Positions 40,093 to 49,722 of a stretch of 64,000 nucleotides of DNA are shown here, in pieces; positions within the stretch are counted from its first letter, which is position 1, and each line of letters starts with the position of its first letter. The notes beneath the pieces are model-generated. The model saw nothing but the letters and a program-made list of their open reading frames with translations. It made no database searches and was not told the DNA's origin. The stretch covers positions 2,849 through 66,848 of the forward strand of contig JAAZLS010000078.1 of the NCBI GenBank assembly GCA_012799185.1, read 5' to 3'. The position numbers were made by a program, and so were the translations under genes. This DNA is from Bacillota bacterium. Its GTDB lineage: Bacteria; Bacillota; Dethiobacteria; DTU022.

Positions 40093-42000
40093 CTATCCCT
40101 CCCTGGTGGGAAACAGGCTCTTTAACACGGAGGGGCTAAAAAAATGTGAACAGAGATCTGGAATTCCACGGGCGGTAATTAGCTCCATATCCGGGAAACC
40201 CTGGATCAGATTGTCACAATTTCCCTCCGGGATAATCACCTTTTTAAAACCCGCCAGCCTCGCCCCGTAAATCTTCTCAACCACTCCCCCTACCGCCTTA
40301 AGAGCCCCCTGTAATGAAATTTCCCCGGTTACTACGCAGTCTTGTTTTACCGGTATTTTTTTAAGAGCGCTTAACAAGGCGATAAAGATAGCCGCCCCGG
40401 CCGATGGCCCATCGATATTACCGCCACCGATAACATTAAGATGCAGGTCAAAATCATTTAGATCCAACCCGGTAAGGCTACGAATAACGGTAGCGGCGAC
40501 AAATACCGAATCCCTAGTCATGGTACCGGCGGTGTCATTAAATCGCAACCGCCCCTTCCCCGGAAGCGCCGAAGGGAGGGCTACCGCCTCTATCTCCAGC
40601 ACGGAGCCGGTAAAACCCGATACTCCCAACGCGGTAGTCTTCCCGACCTCCCCGGAGGCACTGGAACAGATCCGGGTTAGCGGGAGCAAACGGTTATCCT
40701 GAAGTATCTCTTGCATCAACCGGCCGGTAATTCGGGGCGCGGGGGCACCCTCTCCCGTGTAGAGCACCCGGCTATAGGCCTCTACCAGCAAATTAATCGC
40801 CTGCCGCCCCTCGCCGGTGTAACTGCTGATCATTGCCGGTATCCCCGGATCAAATTCCACTTTTAATTTTTTGGCGGCACCCTCAATGATCCGGGTAATA
40901 TCCCCGGGGGTTAGCGGATCAAAAAATACCGGCGTACAACGGGAGCGAAGGGCCGGAGATATCTCCTCCGGCAAACGGGTAGTAGCACCGATAAGCACGA
41001 AATCCGCCGGGGCCCCCCGTTCAAATAGTAATTTGATATATTTCGGCACCCGGGGATCGGTTGAATCATAATAGGCCGATTCGAAATAAACTTGCTTATC
41101 CTCCAACACCTTTAGCAATTTGCTCTGCAACTGCAAATCCATCTCGCCGATCTCATCAATGAATAAAACCCCGCCATGGGCCTCACTAACTAACCCCAGC
41201 TTGGGCTCCGGGATGCCTACATCAGCCAACTCCCGTCGCGCCCCTTGGTAAATAGGATCATGGACGGAGCCGATCAACGGGTTGGAGGCCTCCCGGGGAT
41301 CCCACCTTAAAGTAGTCCCATCAATCTCCACAAAGGGCGCCTGCTTGCTGAAAAGAGAGTGTCTAATTTTTTTTGCTTCCTGCAAGGCTAGCCGGGCGGC
41401 GGTAGTCTTCCCTACCCCGGGTGGTCCGTACAGCAAAATATGGGTCGGGTGAGGCGAGGCCAGCATAGAGATCAATGATTTGATAGCCTTGGACTGGCCG
41501 ATTATTTCATCTATACTACCAGGGCGCAGCATCTCCATGGCACTCCGGGAGAGCTCCCGGGAGTACATCTTTTCAATCTCTGCATATTTCCGTAGGGTAT
41601 GGGGGGTTTCAATACCACTAATATCCTTAACAACCTGGCTTTTAATCTCCCGAAGATACTCCTCGTGCCGCTCCTCAACCTTGCGGCGGACCTTCTGTTC
41701 GATGGATTTTTCCAGAGAGCGCCGGGCCAACTGGGTAGCCAGCTCATCTTCCAGCTCCTCCAGCACCCCGGGAATCAGTTTCTTCGCCGGCGGTTCCTTT
41801 AGGGTAGGATCCTCAAGAATAAGCCTCTGCAACCCCAGGACCTGCCGGGGAACCTTGGCAGAGCGCAGGAGATTTAATGCCCCCAGCTTACTGGCTTTTA
41901 AAATCATTTTTTCATGCCCATAGATATTGAAAAAGAGTTCCAAAAGGGCGTCAACTCGCCGATCTTCCGATCCTAAATCCTTGTTTTTTTGAACAGGCAT
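40093..42000 (-). CDS. LonB-family ATP-dependent protease (AAA+ plus S16 domain, no N-terminal membrane anchor)
   Basis: Walker A LLYGPPGVGKTT. Collinear with B. subtilis LonB (QAPFVEIDGTTLRWD...PLIGSVHDPIYQGA). S16 catalytic region GPSAGAAIFIALLSAL with the Ser-Lys dyad. Confidence 0.8.
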   Translation of the reverse strand: MPVQKNKDLGSEDRRVDALLELFFNIYGHEKMILKASKLGALNLLRSAKVPRQVLGLQRLILEDPTLKEPPAKKLIPGVLEELEDELATQLARRSLEKSIEQKVRRKVEERHEEYLREIKSQVVKDISGIETPHTLRKYAEIEKMYSRELSRSAMEMLRPGSIDEIIGQSKAIKSLISMLASPHPTHILLYGPPGVGKTTAARLALQEAKKIRHSLFSKQAPFVEIDGTTLRWDPREASNPLIGSVHDPIYQGARRELADVGIPEPKLGLVSEAHGGVLFIDEIGEMDLQLQSKLLKVLEDKQVYFESAYYDSTDPRVPKYIKLLFERGAPADFVLIGATTRLPEEISPALRSRCTPVFFDPLTPGDITRIIEGAAKKLKVEFDPGIPAMISSYTGEGRQAINLLVEAYSRVLYTGEGAPAPRITGRLMQEILQDNRLLPLTRICSSASGEVGKTTALGVSGFTGSVLEIEAVALPSALPGKGRLRFNDTAGTMTRDSVFVAATVIRSLTGLDLNDFDLHLNVIGGGNIDGPSAGAAIFIALLSALKKIPVKQDCVVTGEISLQGALKAVGGVVEKIYGARLAGFKKVIIPEGNCDNLIQGFPDMELITARGIPDLCSHFFSPSVLKSLFPTREG

Positions 42001-42008
42001 CCCCCGGA

Positions 42009-42455
42009 CTAACCCTCTTTCTCAACCTTTACCTGGATCGATGCTTTTACGCCAGCGCTTAATCTAACGGTGACCTGGTGATCCCCCAGTTCCTTAAGGG
42101 GCTCCTCCAACACCACCCTCTTTTTGTCGATGTCAAAGCCCCGGGCCTGTAGCGCAGCCGCTATCTCGGAAGAGGTAACCGAGCCAAACAGCCGCCCCTC
42201 TTCCCCGGCAGCCATCTTAAAACCTATTTGGGTCCCCTCCAGCTGCTGGCCTAGCTTCTGGGCCTCCGCCTCCTGCCGGCGAGCCCTTCTTTCCAGGATG
42301 CGCTCCCGCTGTTCCATCTCCTGCAACCGTTTGGGGGTAGCCTCCACCGCCCAACCCCTGGGCAGCAGCAGGTTCCGAGCATAACCGTCAGCCACCTCTT
42401 TAACCTCGCCGCGGCTACCCAGGTTTTTTACATCTTTGATTAAAATTACTTTCAT
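42009..42455 (-). CDS. rplI: 50S ribosomal protein L9
   Basis: [32 protein letters not shown]. Confidence 0.95.
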   Translation of the reverse strand: MKVILIKDVKNLGSRGEVKEVADGYARNLLLPRGWAVEATPKRLQEMEQRERILERRARRQEAEAQKLGQQLEGTQIGFKMAAGEEGRLFGSVTSSEIAAALQARGFDIDKKRVVLEEPLKELGDHQVTVRLSAGVKASIQVKVEKEG

Positions 42456-42584
42456 ACCGTCACATCCCTAAACTAATGCTACCTAGTTCGATATCCCTTA
42501 AACCGGCTCCTGCCTGTAATGGTCACATAAAAAATGGCGCCGGTAATTAAAAAATTCCAGCACCCCTAAAATGAACCCCGTTAC

Positions 42585-42815
42585 CTATTCAGAGGTAAAC
42601 GGCAACAGGGCCATGATCCGCGCCCTTTTAATCGCGGTAGTCAGTTGCCGTTGATGACGGGCACAGTTACCGGAAATCCGGCGGGGTAATATCTTCCCCC
42701 GTTCCGAAACAAACCGCTTTAATTTTTCATATTCCTTGTAATCAACCATCTCTACCTTGTCCACACAAAAGCTACAAATTTTTTTTCTAGGTCTACGACC
42801 TCTATCACGCCTCAA
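42585..42815 (-). CDS. rpsR: 30S ribosomal protein S18
   Basis: [36 protein letters not shown]. Confidence 0.95.
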   Translation of the reverse strand: MRRDRGRRPRKKICSFCVDKVEMVDYKEYEKLKRFVSERGKILPRRISGNCARHQRQLTTAIKRARIMALLPFTSE

Positions 42816-42836
42816 CTAACCGGCCTCCTTAATTTA

Positions 42837-43241
42837 CTAGAACGGAATATCATCTTCCCCCACTGGTTCTCCACCCCTGTCGGCCTCCGTTTCTTCGTCG
42901 CTTTCCGGACGGACCCGATCTAAAAACATGACATTATTAGCCACGACCTCGGCCGATTTTCTCCTAATACCCTGGCTATCATCATAGGAACGAACCTGCA
43001 GTCGCCCCTCCAGGGCCACCTGCCTCCCTTTTTTGAGGTAGTTGGCGCAGGTCTCCGCTGTTTTTTCCCAGGTTACAATGTTGATAAAATCCGTATCTCT
43101 TTCCCCCTGGCGGCTGGTAAAGGGCCTGTCTACAGCCAAAGTAAAAGTACCTACCGCTTTCCCATTGGCTGTAAACCGTAGCTCCGGATCCCGAACTAAC
43201 CGGCCGACCAGTACTATCCGGTTAATCAACAGTTTCACCAC
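42837..43241 (-). CDS. ssb: Single-stranded DNA-binding protein
   Basis: OB fold N-terminus NRIVLVGRLVRDPELRFT. Acidic C-terminal tail ending DDIPF. Confidence 0.92.
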   Translation of the reverse strand: MVKLLINRIVLVGRLVRDPELRFTANGKAVGTFTLAVDRPFTSRQGERDTDFINIVTWEKTAETCANYLKKGRQVALEGRLQVRSYDDSQGIRRKSAEVVANNVMFLDRVRPESDEETEADRGGEPVGEDDIPF

Positions 43242-43257
43242 CTTTCAATGGCTAAAA

Positions 43258-43548
43258 TCAACCTTTTTCACGGATCACCAGGTAGCGCATGACCTTATCG
43301 CTAACCCGGAAAAAATGTTCCAGCTCTGGAACGATCCTCGCCCCGGATTTAAAGGTAATTAAAAAATAGTGGCCTTCTTTTAGCTTGTTAATCTCGTAGG
43401 CCAACCGGCGGGTTCCCCAGTCCTTTACTTCAATTATTTTGCCTTCGAATTTTTCAATTAAGCTCTGGAGGCTGTCGAGAAATTCCTGTGCTTGCTCCTG
43501 ATCCTGCTCAGGATGAAGAATAAACATGGTTTCGTAGCTGTTAGTCAC
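43258..43548 (-). CDS. rpsF: 30S ribosomal protein S6
   Basis: MTNSYETMFILHPEQDQEQAQEFLD... Sits in the rpsF-ssb-rpsR operon. Confidence 0.95.
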   Translation of the reverse strand: MTNSYETMFILHPEQDQEQAQEFLDSLQSLIEKFEGKIIEVKDWGTRRLAYEINKLKEGHYFLITFKSGARIVPELEHFFRVSDKVMRYLVIREKG

Positions 43549-43681
43549 CTAAAACACCTCCCTTTGGTCTAAAACGGCCCCTTTCGCAGGAGCAGGGACG
43601 TTTGAAGAAATTCTACCATACTTGCAACCTACAAACAAGTGGAAAAGCTTTTTACCCCGCCTACTACAAAGATTACCTCGG

Positions 43682-43873
43682 CTAGGAAGTTTCATCATCC
43701 GTTATGATCCGTTTTACCCGCCGCTCAAACCGGGATCGGGGCAATAGCACGCTGCGCCCACACTTGAGACATTTTATCCGGAAATCCATCCCGACCCGTA
43801 GTATACGCCAGCGGTCCGAACCGCAGGGGTGAGTTTTTTTAAGTTGCACCTCCTGCCCCACCCGGTACTCCAT
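43682..43873 (-). CDS. DUF951 family protein (YyzM-like)
   Basis: 63 aa with KKTHPCGS...IKCLKCGRSVLLPRSRF (four Cys). Sits directly upstream of rpsF as in Bacillus. Confidence 0.6.
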   Translation of the reverse strand: MEYRVGQEVQLKKTHPCGSDRWRILRVGMDFRIKCLKCGRSVLLPRSRFERRVKRIITDDETS

Positions 43874-43903
43874 GCTTCGGCCCCCTACCGATAATAATAG
43901 CAG

Positions 43904-44551
43904 CTAGCGCTGATCCAGCGCTGCGCTGATCTGGTTAAAAACCTGGGATATTTCCGTGTTTCCATTAACAACCGTCAACAATCCCAGTTCCCGATAATAG
44001 TCTACTACCGGCGCCGTCTGCTGTTTGAATACTTCCAGTCTTTCGGTAACCGTCTTCAGGGTGTCATCATCCCTTTGGAACAGCTCCCCGCCGCACCGAT
44101 CACAGACATTGCGCACCTTGGGCTGATTAAATTTTAAGTGGTAGGAGGAGGCACATTCCCGACACACCCTTCTCCCGGTAAGCCGGGTTACCAGCTCCTC
44201 CTCCGGTACCTCGATATAAATGGCCCGATCGATACCGGTCCCCCGCTGTTTCAGGGCCCGTTCAAGGTAATTCGCCTGCTCCAAGGTCCGGGGGAAGCCA
44301 TCGAAAAGAACCCCGGGTATATCACTCAACTCTTCAAGCTTCTCAAAGACGGCCTGGACGACAATCTCACCGGGTACCAACTGGCCCTTATCCATAAATT
44401 CCCGGGCTTTCTTGCCTAACGGTGATCCCTTATTAACCGCACTGCGTAAAATATCACCGGTAGCAATATGTAACAGCTGGTACTTGGCTGCCAAAAGTTC
44501 CGCCTGGGTACCCTTACCTGCTCCCGGGGGACCCAGCAAGATGATTAACAT
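43904..44551 (-). CDS. adk: Adenylate kinase (long form with zinc-binding LID)
   Basis: P-loop GPPGAGKGTQ. LID with CRECASSYH...CDRCGG four-Cys zinc site. Confidence 0.9.
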   Translation of the reverse strand: MLIILLGPPGAGKGTQAELLAAKYQLLHIATGDILRSAVNKGSPLGKKAREFMDKGQLVPGEIVVQAVFEKLEELSDIPGVLFDGFPRTLEQANYLERALKQRGTGIDRAIYIEVPEEELVTRLTGRRVCRECASSYHLKFNQPKVRNVCDRCGGELFQRDDDTLKTVTERLEVFKQQTAPVVDYYRELGLLTVVNGNTEISQVFNQISAALDQR

Positions 44552-44667
44552 TTAATACTACCCTCTTTCCCGTAAAGCAACTAGCTGAAAACAAGAGCCA
44601 TTATGTCAATATATTGTTCTTCTTAGACAACTTAATTCCTGCCTACCCCCAAAATAAGCCGGTAGCT

Positions 44668-45288
44668 TTACCAGATCTGAAGCCGGATGGCTATCACCCA
44701 AACATATTGAAATAGCGCTGACTGCTCCAACCGTAGAGCACCGAAAGGCAACAGGGTTAAAAGGGGCACGCCAACCCCTATAACTAGGGCAGCCAGCAGG
44801 ACTGCCCCCGCTACACCGATCATAACCCCCACCCACTGTTCCCGCCGGGTAATGCCGCCTGCGCCTTTTTTCACCCAGGCTGCCGAAATAACATAACATC
44901 CGCTCCCCCATACCAGGAAAGCCAGGCAAAAGCAGAGCACATTTAAAAGCGCCTGGCAGAGCGGATCCAACCAGCCGCCGCCCCCCACCGACAGGGAGGG
45001 ATACCCCAAATAAAGTTGCTTTAAAAACAGCGGGAGGGATGACCCGGTATCACCGGCCGGGGCAGCAACAGGGAGAGCCAGCCGCTGTCCAACCACCTCC
45101 CTGATATAGCCCGCCACCGGGTAGCTATGCCCCAATATTCTCCTTATTTCCGGCTTAAAGCCATTTGAGACAAATATCGTCGCCATTAAAATGGCGATCC
45201 GATTACCCATCCGGCGAGCTCCAGAGATATATCCGATCGCGCCCCCCCATAATAGCCAGCATATCACTAGTAAATCGACCGGGTTCAT
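44668..45288 (-). CDS. CvpA-like integral membrane protein
   Basis: 206 aa with several TM segments. N-terminus MNPVDLLVICWLLWGGAIGYISG resembles colicin V production protein family members. Weak assignment. Confidence 0.4.
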   Translation of the reverse strand: MNPVDLLVICWLLWGGAIGYISGARRMGNRIAILMATIFVSNGFKPEIRRILGHSYPVAGYIREVVGQRLALPVAAPAGDTGSSLPLFLKQLYLGYPSLSVGGGGWLDPLCQALLNVLCFCLAFLVWGSGCYVISAAWVKKGAGGITRREQWVGVMIGVAGAVLLAALVIGVGVPLLTLLPFGALRLEQSALFQYVWVIAIRLQIW

Positions 45289-45407
45289 AGGTTTCTCTTC
45301 CGTAAGAGCCTTTATTAAGGTGTCAATCCTTACCTTCCCGCTCTCCTTAATACATATTTCAAACCCCCTTTTAATATACTTTAAATATATATCGAGAGGA
45401 GAAGTTA

Positions 45408-46022
45408 ATGCCTACCTGGACCCCCGGGATTGACCGTCACCCTGCCCTGGAAACTAATTGGAGAAGGATCGATTGCCGGGATCCGCTGGCTGCAAACGAG
45501 ATTGCAGCGGCACTGGGAATCCTTATTCCTGCCTCTACCGTTGGCACCCGGGTAATAATATGTATCGGTTCGGATCGCTCCACAGGCGATGCCCTCGGCC
45601 CCCTGGTCGGAACGGCCCTTTCAGCGCTAAAATTGCCCCGGACCCGGGTCCTGGGAACCCTGGCCCGACCGGTTCATGCCCTAAATCTAAAATCTACCCT
45701 AGCCGATTTAAACCGGCCAAAACATTGCTCCCCGGTAATAATTGCCGTGGACGCCTCCCTGGGCAGCCCTGAACGCATCGGTACCATCGAGGTGGGGGTG
45801 GGCCCCTTACATCCCGGTGCCGGTGTCAATAAGGGCCTTCCCCCGGTGGGCCACTATTATTTAAGCGGCGTGGTTAATATTGGGGGTTTTATGGAACAGA
45901 TGGTTCTCCAAAGCACCCGCTTGTTCCGGGTAATGGAGATGGCTGTCATAATGTCGACCGCCCTGCAACAATACCTGGCTACAACGGCCGATGCAAGGCA
46001 CAAAACCCCACCCATCCCCTAG
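45408..46022 (+). CDS. yyaC: Sporulation protein YyaC (DUF1256 putative spore protease)
   Basis: VIICIGSDRSTGDALGPLVG motif characteristic of YyaC. Conserved position next to spo0J/yyaB. Confidence 0.75.
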   Translation: MPTWTPGIDRHPALETNWRRIDCRDPLAANEIAAALGILIPASTVGTRVIICIGSDRSTGDALGPLVGTALSALKLPRTRVLGTLARPVHALNLKSTLADLNRPKHCSPVIIAVDASLGSPERIGTIEVGVGPLHPGAGVNKGLPPVGHYYLSGVVNIGGFMEQMVLQSTRLFRVMEMAVIMSTALQQYLATTADARHKTPPIP

Positions 46023-46077
46023 GCCTGGAGGCCGGTAAAAGATACCGGGCCACCCAGCTCGGGCGGCCCTTAAATCA

Positions 46078-46464
46078 TCAGGTTTGAGGCGGATCCTCTT
46101 CCAAGCCCTGGGCCTGGGTCTCCATTTCACAGCTACCGCTAAAAAAGGCCCCCTCATCAATGACCAGCCCGGCGGCCTTAATCGCTCCGGTTACCTTACC
46201 TGTACTGCGAATTTCTAGTTTTCCCGACAGCTCCACGGATCCTTTGAAATAACCGGCGACGGATACATTCCGGGCCTGGATATCCAGCAAGGCTCGCCCC
46301 TTTTCACCTACTATGACATCGCCCTCGGTTTCTAACTCCCCCTCCATAACACCGTCAATTCTCATCAACCCCTTGGATTTAACGGTGCCCTGCAGATAGG
46401 TTTCCGGCCCGATCAACGTCGCTACTTTATCCGGTGATGTCTCCTGCCTGCCTCGCTTAAACAA
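46078..46464 (-). CDS. Bactofilin (CcmA-type polymer-forming cytoskeletal protein)
   Basis: 128 aa. Beta-helical repeat pattern (GTVKSKGLMRIDGVMEGELETEGDVIVGEKG...VSVAGYFKGSVELSGKLEIRSTGKVTG). Confidence 0.8.
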   Translation of the reverse strand: MFKRGRQETSPDKVATLIGPETYLQGTVKSKGLMRIDGVMEGELETEGDVIVGEKGRALLDIQARNVSVAGYFKGSVELSGKLEIRSTGKVTGAIKAAGLVIDEGAFFSGSCEMETQAQGLEEDPPQT

Positions 46465-46484
46465 TCGGCGCCCTCCTTAGCATA

Positions 46485-47369
46485 TCAATAAATATAATTC
46501 AGGGGATTAACCGCTACCCCGTTTACATGAACCTCGTAATGTAGATGCACCCCCGTAGAACGCCCGGTTCGCCCCATGTAACCGATTACCTGCCCCTTGC
46601 TCACCCTCTCCCCGCCGGAGACGGCAAAACCGGAAAGATGGGCATAATAGGTCTCGTAACCGTAACCATGGTTGATTGTTATCAGGTTGCCCCACCCGCC
46701 CCGGTACCCAGCCCCGGTTACAGTGCCCGCAGCGGTAGCATAAATTGGGGTGCCGTAAGGGGCCGCAATATCTATCCCCTTATGAAATTGACCAACATAC
46801 CGGTTAAAAGGAGAACGACGATTGCCGAAACCGGAGGTAATCCGCCCCCAGGCCGGCCATATAGAGGGTGTGGCCTCCAGCCGGCGGGAATATTCTTCCA
46901 CCTGTTCATTGATCTGGTTCAATGAATCGGACTGTTCAGAGACAGCCTGCTGCAGACGGGTAATATTATGAGCCGCCCGGTTAAATACCCCTTCGCCCGA
47001 TCGACTGGCATACAACCGGTTTTCGTAATCGGGGAGGCTCTCATCGGTAGCGGCGATCCCAATCCGGCTGGTTACCTTCCCGGTAAGCGACTCCACCCGT
47101 TCAAACTGGGCCAGGAGCTGCTGCGTTTCAAAGGCACATAGGTTCATCTCTTCGTTTTGACGACGATTTTCCTCACGCAGGCTACGCGCCTCCAGCGATT
47201 CATTCCACACCTGGCGATAAGAACAGGCGATCATCATGAATAGGCTGAGACCGGCAATTAATGCTCCCACCAATAATCGCACTGCCTTTAATGATAGCCG
47301 GAGGCTATATGTAGTCTCCTCTGAATGGGGAACAATAATCATTGTGAAACAAGACTTGGTCTTCTCCAC
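46485..47369 (-). CDS. M23 family peptidase with N-terminal TM and coiled-coil region (EnvC/Csd1-like)
   Basis: TM anchor, about 150-aa coiled coil, C-terminal M23 motifs (HKGIDIAA, GVHLHYEVHVNG). Confidence 0.8.
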   Translation of the reverse strand: MEKTKSCFTMIIVPHSEETTYSLRLSLKAVRLLVGALIAGLSLFMMIACSYRQVWNESLEARSLREENRRQNEEMNLCAFETQQLLAQFERVESLTGKVTSRIGIAATDESLPDYENRLYASRSGEGVFNRAAHNITRLQQAVSEQSDSLNQINEQVEEYSRRLEATPSIWPAWGRITSGFGNRRSPFNRYVGQFHKGIDIAAPYGTPIYATAAGTVTGAGYRGGWGNLITINHGYGYETYYAHLSGFAVSGGERVSKGQVIGYMGRTGRSTGVHLHYEVHVNGVAVNPLNYIY

Positions 47370-47411
47370 AACCTAAGCCCACCCCCCGGGTCATTAAGTT
47401 TTACGGTCCGG

Positions 47412-47912
47412 CTAAATCGCTTCCCGGGCCTTTTCTAATGCCGCTTTTTCCTCCGGACTCAATGGATAGAGCGAGCCACCCTGCCGAACCGGCTTACCAT
47501 AAAGGCGGTTCTCCTCCCGCCCAAAAATACTGGTTACGATTGCCCCATCGCCAGCATGGTTGAGCAGGGCCAGCGAAAAACTTAAATCGCTCCCCGTATC
47601 CTGAAAAGCATTGTACCGCACCAGCCCAACACCCACAAACCGGGAGGCCAGGCTTTCGAGGGCCCCCAAACGCTGCCCCAAATTGCTGTTTTGCTCCTGC
47701 ACCCCGGCGATTGCCGCGTTCATCTGGTTGAGCAACTCCTCCAGGCTAAGCTGGTCACCTCCGGCCAGCAGCCGGCGATAGCGTTTTTTAAGCCGGGAGA
47801 GCTGAACCCACAACACCAGGCATGAAACCGTTAAAACCAGCAGGACGGCAACCAGGGTCAGCAGGATCGCCCCCTGGTGAACAGTCATCAAGGTCGGTAA
47901 TTTTCCCCACAT
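47412..47912 (-). CDS. DUF4446 family protein (YyaB-like)
   Basis: N-terminal TM, short coiled coil, conserved block VRYNAFQDTGSDLSFSLALLNHAGDGAIVTSI. Located directly downstream of spo0J as in Bacillus. Confidence 0.5.
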   Translation of the reverse strand: MWGKLPTLMTVHQGAILLTLVAVLLVLTVSCLVLWVQLSRLKKRYRRLLAGGDQLSLEELLNQMNAAIAGVQEQNSNLGQRLGALESLASRFVGVGLVRYNAFQDTGSDLSFSLALLNHAGDGAIVTSIFGREENRLYGKPVRQGGSLYPLSPEEKAALEKAREAI

Positions 47913-48013
47913 CTCGTTAATCTAAAAACACCACCTGGCCGAAGCCCGTAGTAAAGAGTGTTATTCGCTACCGGGCCCCTTAATCCTTTTTGTTTCACGT
48001 GAAACAGGCCCCA

Positions 48014-48886
48014 CTATTTGCCAGGCATTATTATTCCCAGCAACCGTTCCAGGTCTTCCATTTGATAAAATTCGATCTCGATAGTTCCACCCTGGGCCCG
48101 TTGGGTGATCTTAACCTTTGTCCCTAGGTGATACTGCAACTCTTCCCTTATCTCTTCCCAAACCGGGTCCGGCGCTGCAACCATATTCTCTCGGGGCTCT
48201 TTTTTAAGCTCCGGGCCCGGCTCACTAAATTTTTTCCTACCGGAAACCAGCCGCTCAACCTCCCGGGCAGTTAGCTTTTCACGGATGATTCGCCGTGCCA
48301 GGCGATTTTGTAACTCCTTATCAGAAAATCGCAGCAGGGGCCGGGCCTGTCCTTCGGTTAGGCTTCCTTCTTCCAAGGCCTTTTTAACCTCTTCGGAAAG
48401 GCTCAAAAGCCGCATTGTATTGGCAATCGCCGGGCGGCTTTTTCCTAGGCGACGGGCCAGTTTCTCCTGGGTAAGCTTAAATTGAGTGACAAGTTGATGA
48501 TAGGCCCTGGCCTCTTCAATAGGGTTTAAATCCTCCCGTTGTAGGTTTTCAATCAGGGCGATCTGTAGCATCATTTTGTCATCCAGCTCCCTGGTCAAAG
48601 CCGGAATGGTTTGTAAACCGGCCAGGCTGGCCGCCTTAAGCCTTCTTTCCCCGGCTACTAAAACGTACCCGTCCTTCCCCGGGGTTACTATAACCGGTTG
48701 GACTACGCCATGCTCCCGGATTGAATCGGCTAACTCTTGCAGTTTTTCTTGATCAAATTGTACCCGTGGTTGAAACGGGTTCCGGCTAATGCGCCCGATA
48801 TCGATCTCCCGCAGGGCAGCCCCCCCGTCAATAGTTTCCGGGATTAGCGCTCCCAGCCCCCGTCCTAACCTCCTCTTTCCTGTCAT
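48014..48886 (-). CDS. spo0J: Chromosome partitioning protein ParB (Spo0J)
   Basis: GLGRGLGALI N-terminal motif, ParB box (LIENLQREDLNPIEEA), HTH. Adjacent to and overlapping soj. Confidence 0.9.
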   Translation of the reverse strand: MTGKRRLGRGLGALIPETIDGGAALREIDIGRISRNPFQPRVQFDQEKLQELADSIREHGVVQPVIVTPGKDGYVLVAGERRLKAASLAGLQTIPALTRELDDKMMLQIALIENLQREDLNPIEEARAYHQLVTQFKLTQEKLARRLGKSRPAIANTMRLLSLSEEVKKALEEGSLTEGQARPLLRFSDKELQNRLARRIIREKLTAREVERLVSGRKKFSEPGPELKKEPRENMVAAPDPVWEEIREELQYHLGTKVKITQRAQGGTIEIEFYQMEDLERLLGIIMPGK

Positions 48887-49641
48887 CTGTCTATCACCTC
48901 CCGGGCAAGGGCCATGTATACCTCCGCTCCCCGGCAGCGGGGATCATAGGTTATAATCGGCTGCCCATGACTGGGGGCCTCACTTAACCTAATATTACGG
49001 GGTATGATAACCTTGTACACCAAATCCTTGAAGTAAGTTCTGACCTCTTCAGCCACCTGTTCCGAAAGGTTTGTCCGCCCATCATACATGGTCAAGACTA
49101 CCCCGGCAATAGTTAGCCTCTCGTTTAAATGTTTTCGGACCAGGTTTATGGTATTAATAAGCTGCCCCAGCCCTTCAAGGGCGTAATATTCACATTGGAT
49201 CGGTATTAATACCTCGTCGGCGGCAGTAAGCGCATTAATGGTCAATAGACCCAACGAAGGAGGACAATCAATGAGCTGATAATGATATTTTTTCTTTAAA
49301 CTTCCCAGGGCCCGCTTTAATTTAACTTCCCGGTTAATTGTCGGGACCAGCTCTATCTCCGCCCCGGCAAGCTTTATCGTTGCCGGCACCAGGTCCAGGT
49401 GCTCCCATGAGGAGGGGATTACAACCTGTTCTAAGGGAATATCATTAATTAAGGCATCATAAATACAAAATTTTATCCCCGTCTTAGAAACTCCGATCCC
49501 GCTGGTAGCATTCCCCTGGGGATCTACATCGACCATCAGTACCTCTTGCTTGTAATAAGCCAATGCGGCCGAAAGGTTTACAGCCGTTGTTGTCTTACCT
49601 ACCCCTCCCTTTTGATTGGCGATAGCTATTATCCGGGACAT
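48883..49641 (-). CDS. soj: Chromosome partitioning ATPase ParA (Soj)
   Basis: Deviant Walker A KGGVGKTTT. 252 aa. Confidence 0.95.
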   Translation of the reverse strand: MSRIIAIANQKGGVGKTTTAVNLSAALAYYKQEVLMVDVDPQGNATSGIGVSKTGIKFCIYDALINDIPLEQVVIPSSWEHLDLVPATIKLAGAEIELVPTINREVKLKRALGSLKKKYHYQLIDCPPSLGLLTINALTAADEVLIPIQCEYYALEGLGQLINTINLVRKHLNERLTIAGVVLTMYDGRTNLSEQVAEEVRTYFKDLVYKVIIPRNIRLSEAPSHGQPIITYDPRCRGAEVYMALAREVIDR

Positions 49642-49722
49642 CTTCTGCCTCCTTGGACGTAATTGGAGTCTTTTGCATGCTGTTAATTCCTGATATGGGG
49701 GCGGGTACTCACCACCACTACC

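Noticed and set aside
44606-44929. 107-aa minus-strand ORF overlapping the 3' end of the CvpA-like gene
   Set aside because: It is an alternative frame of the same DNA. The hydrophobic multi-TM reading at 44668..45288 is the coherent one.
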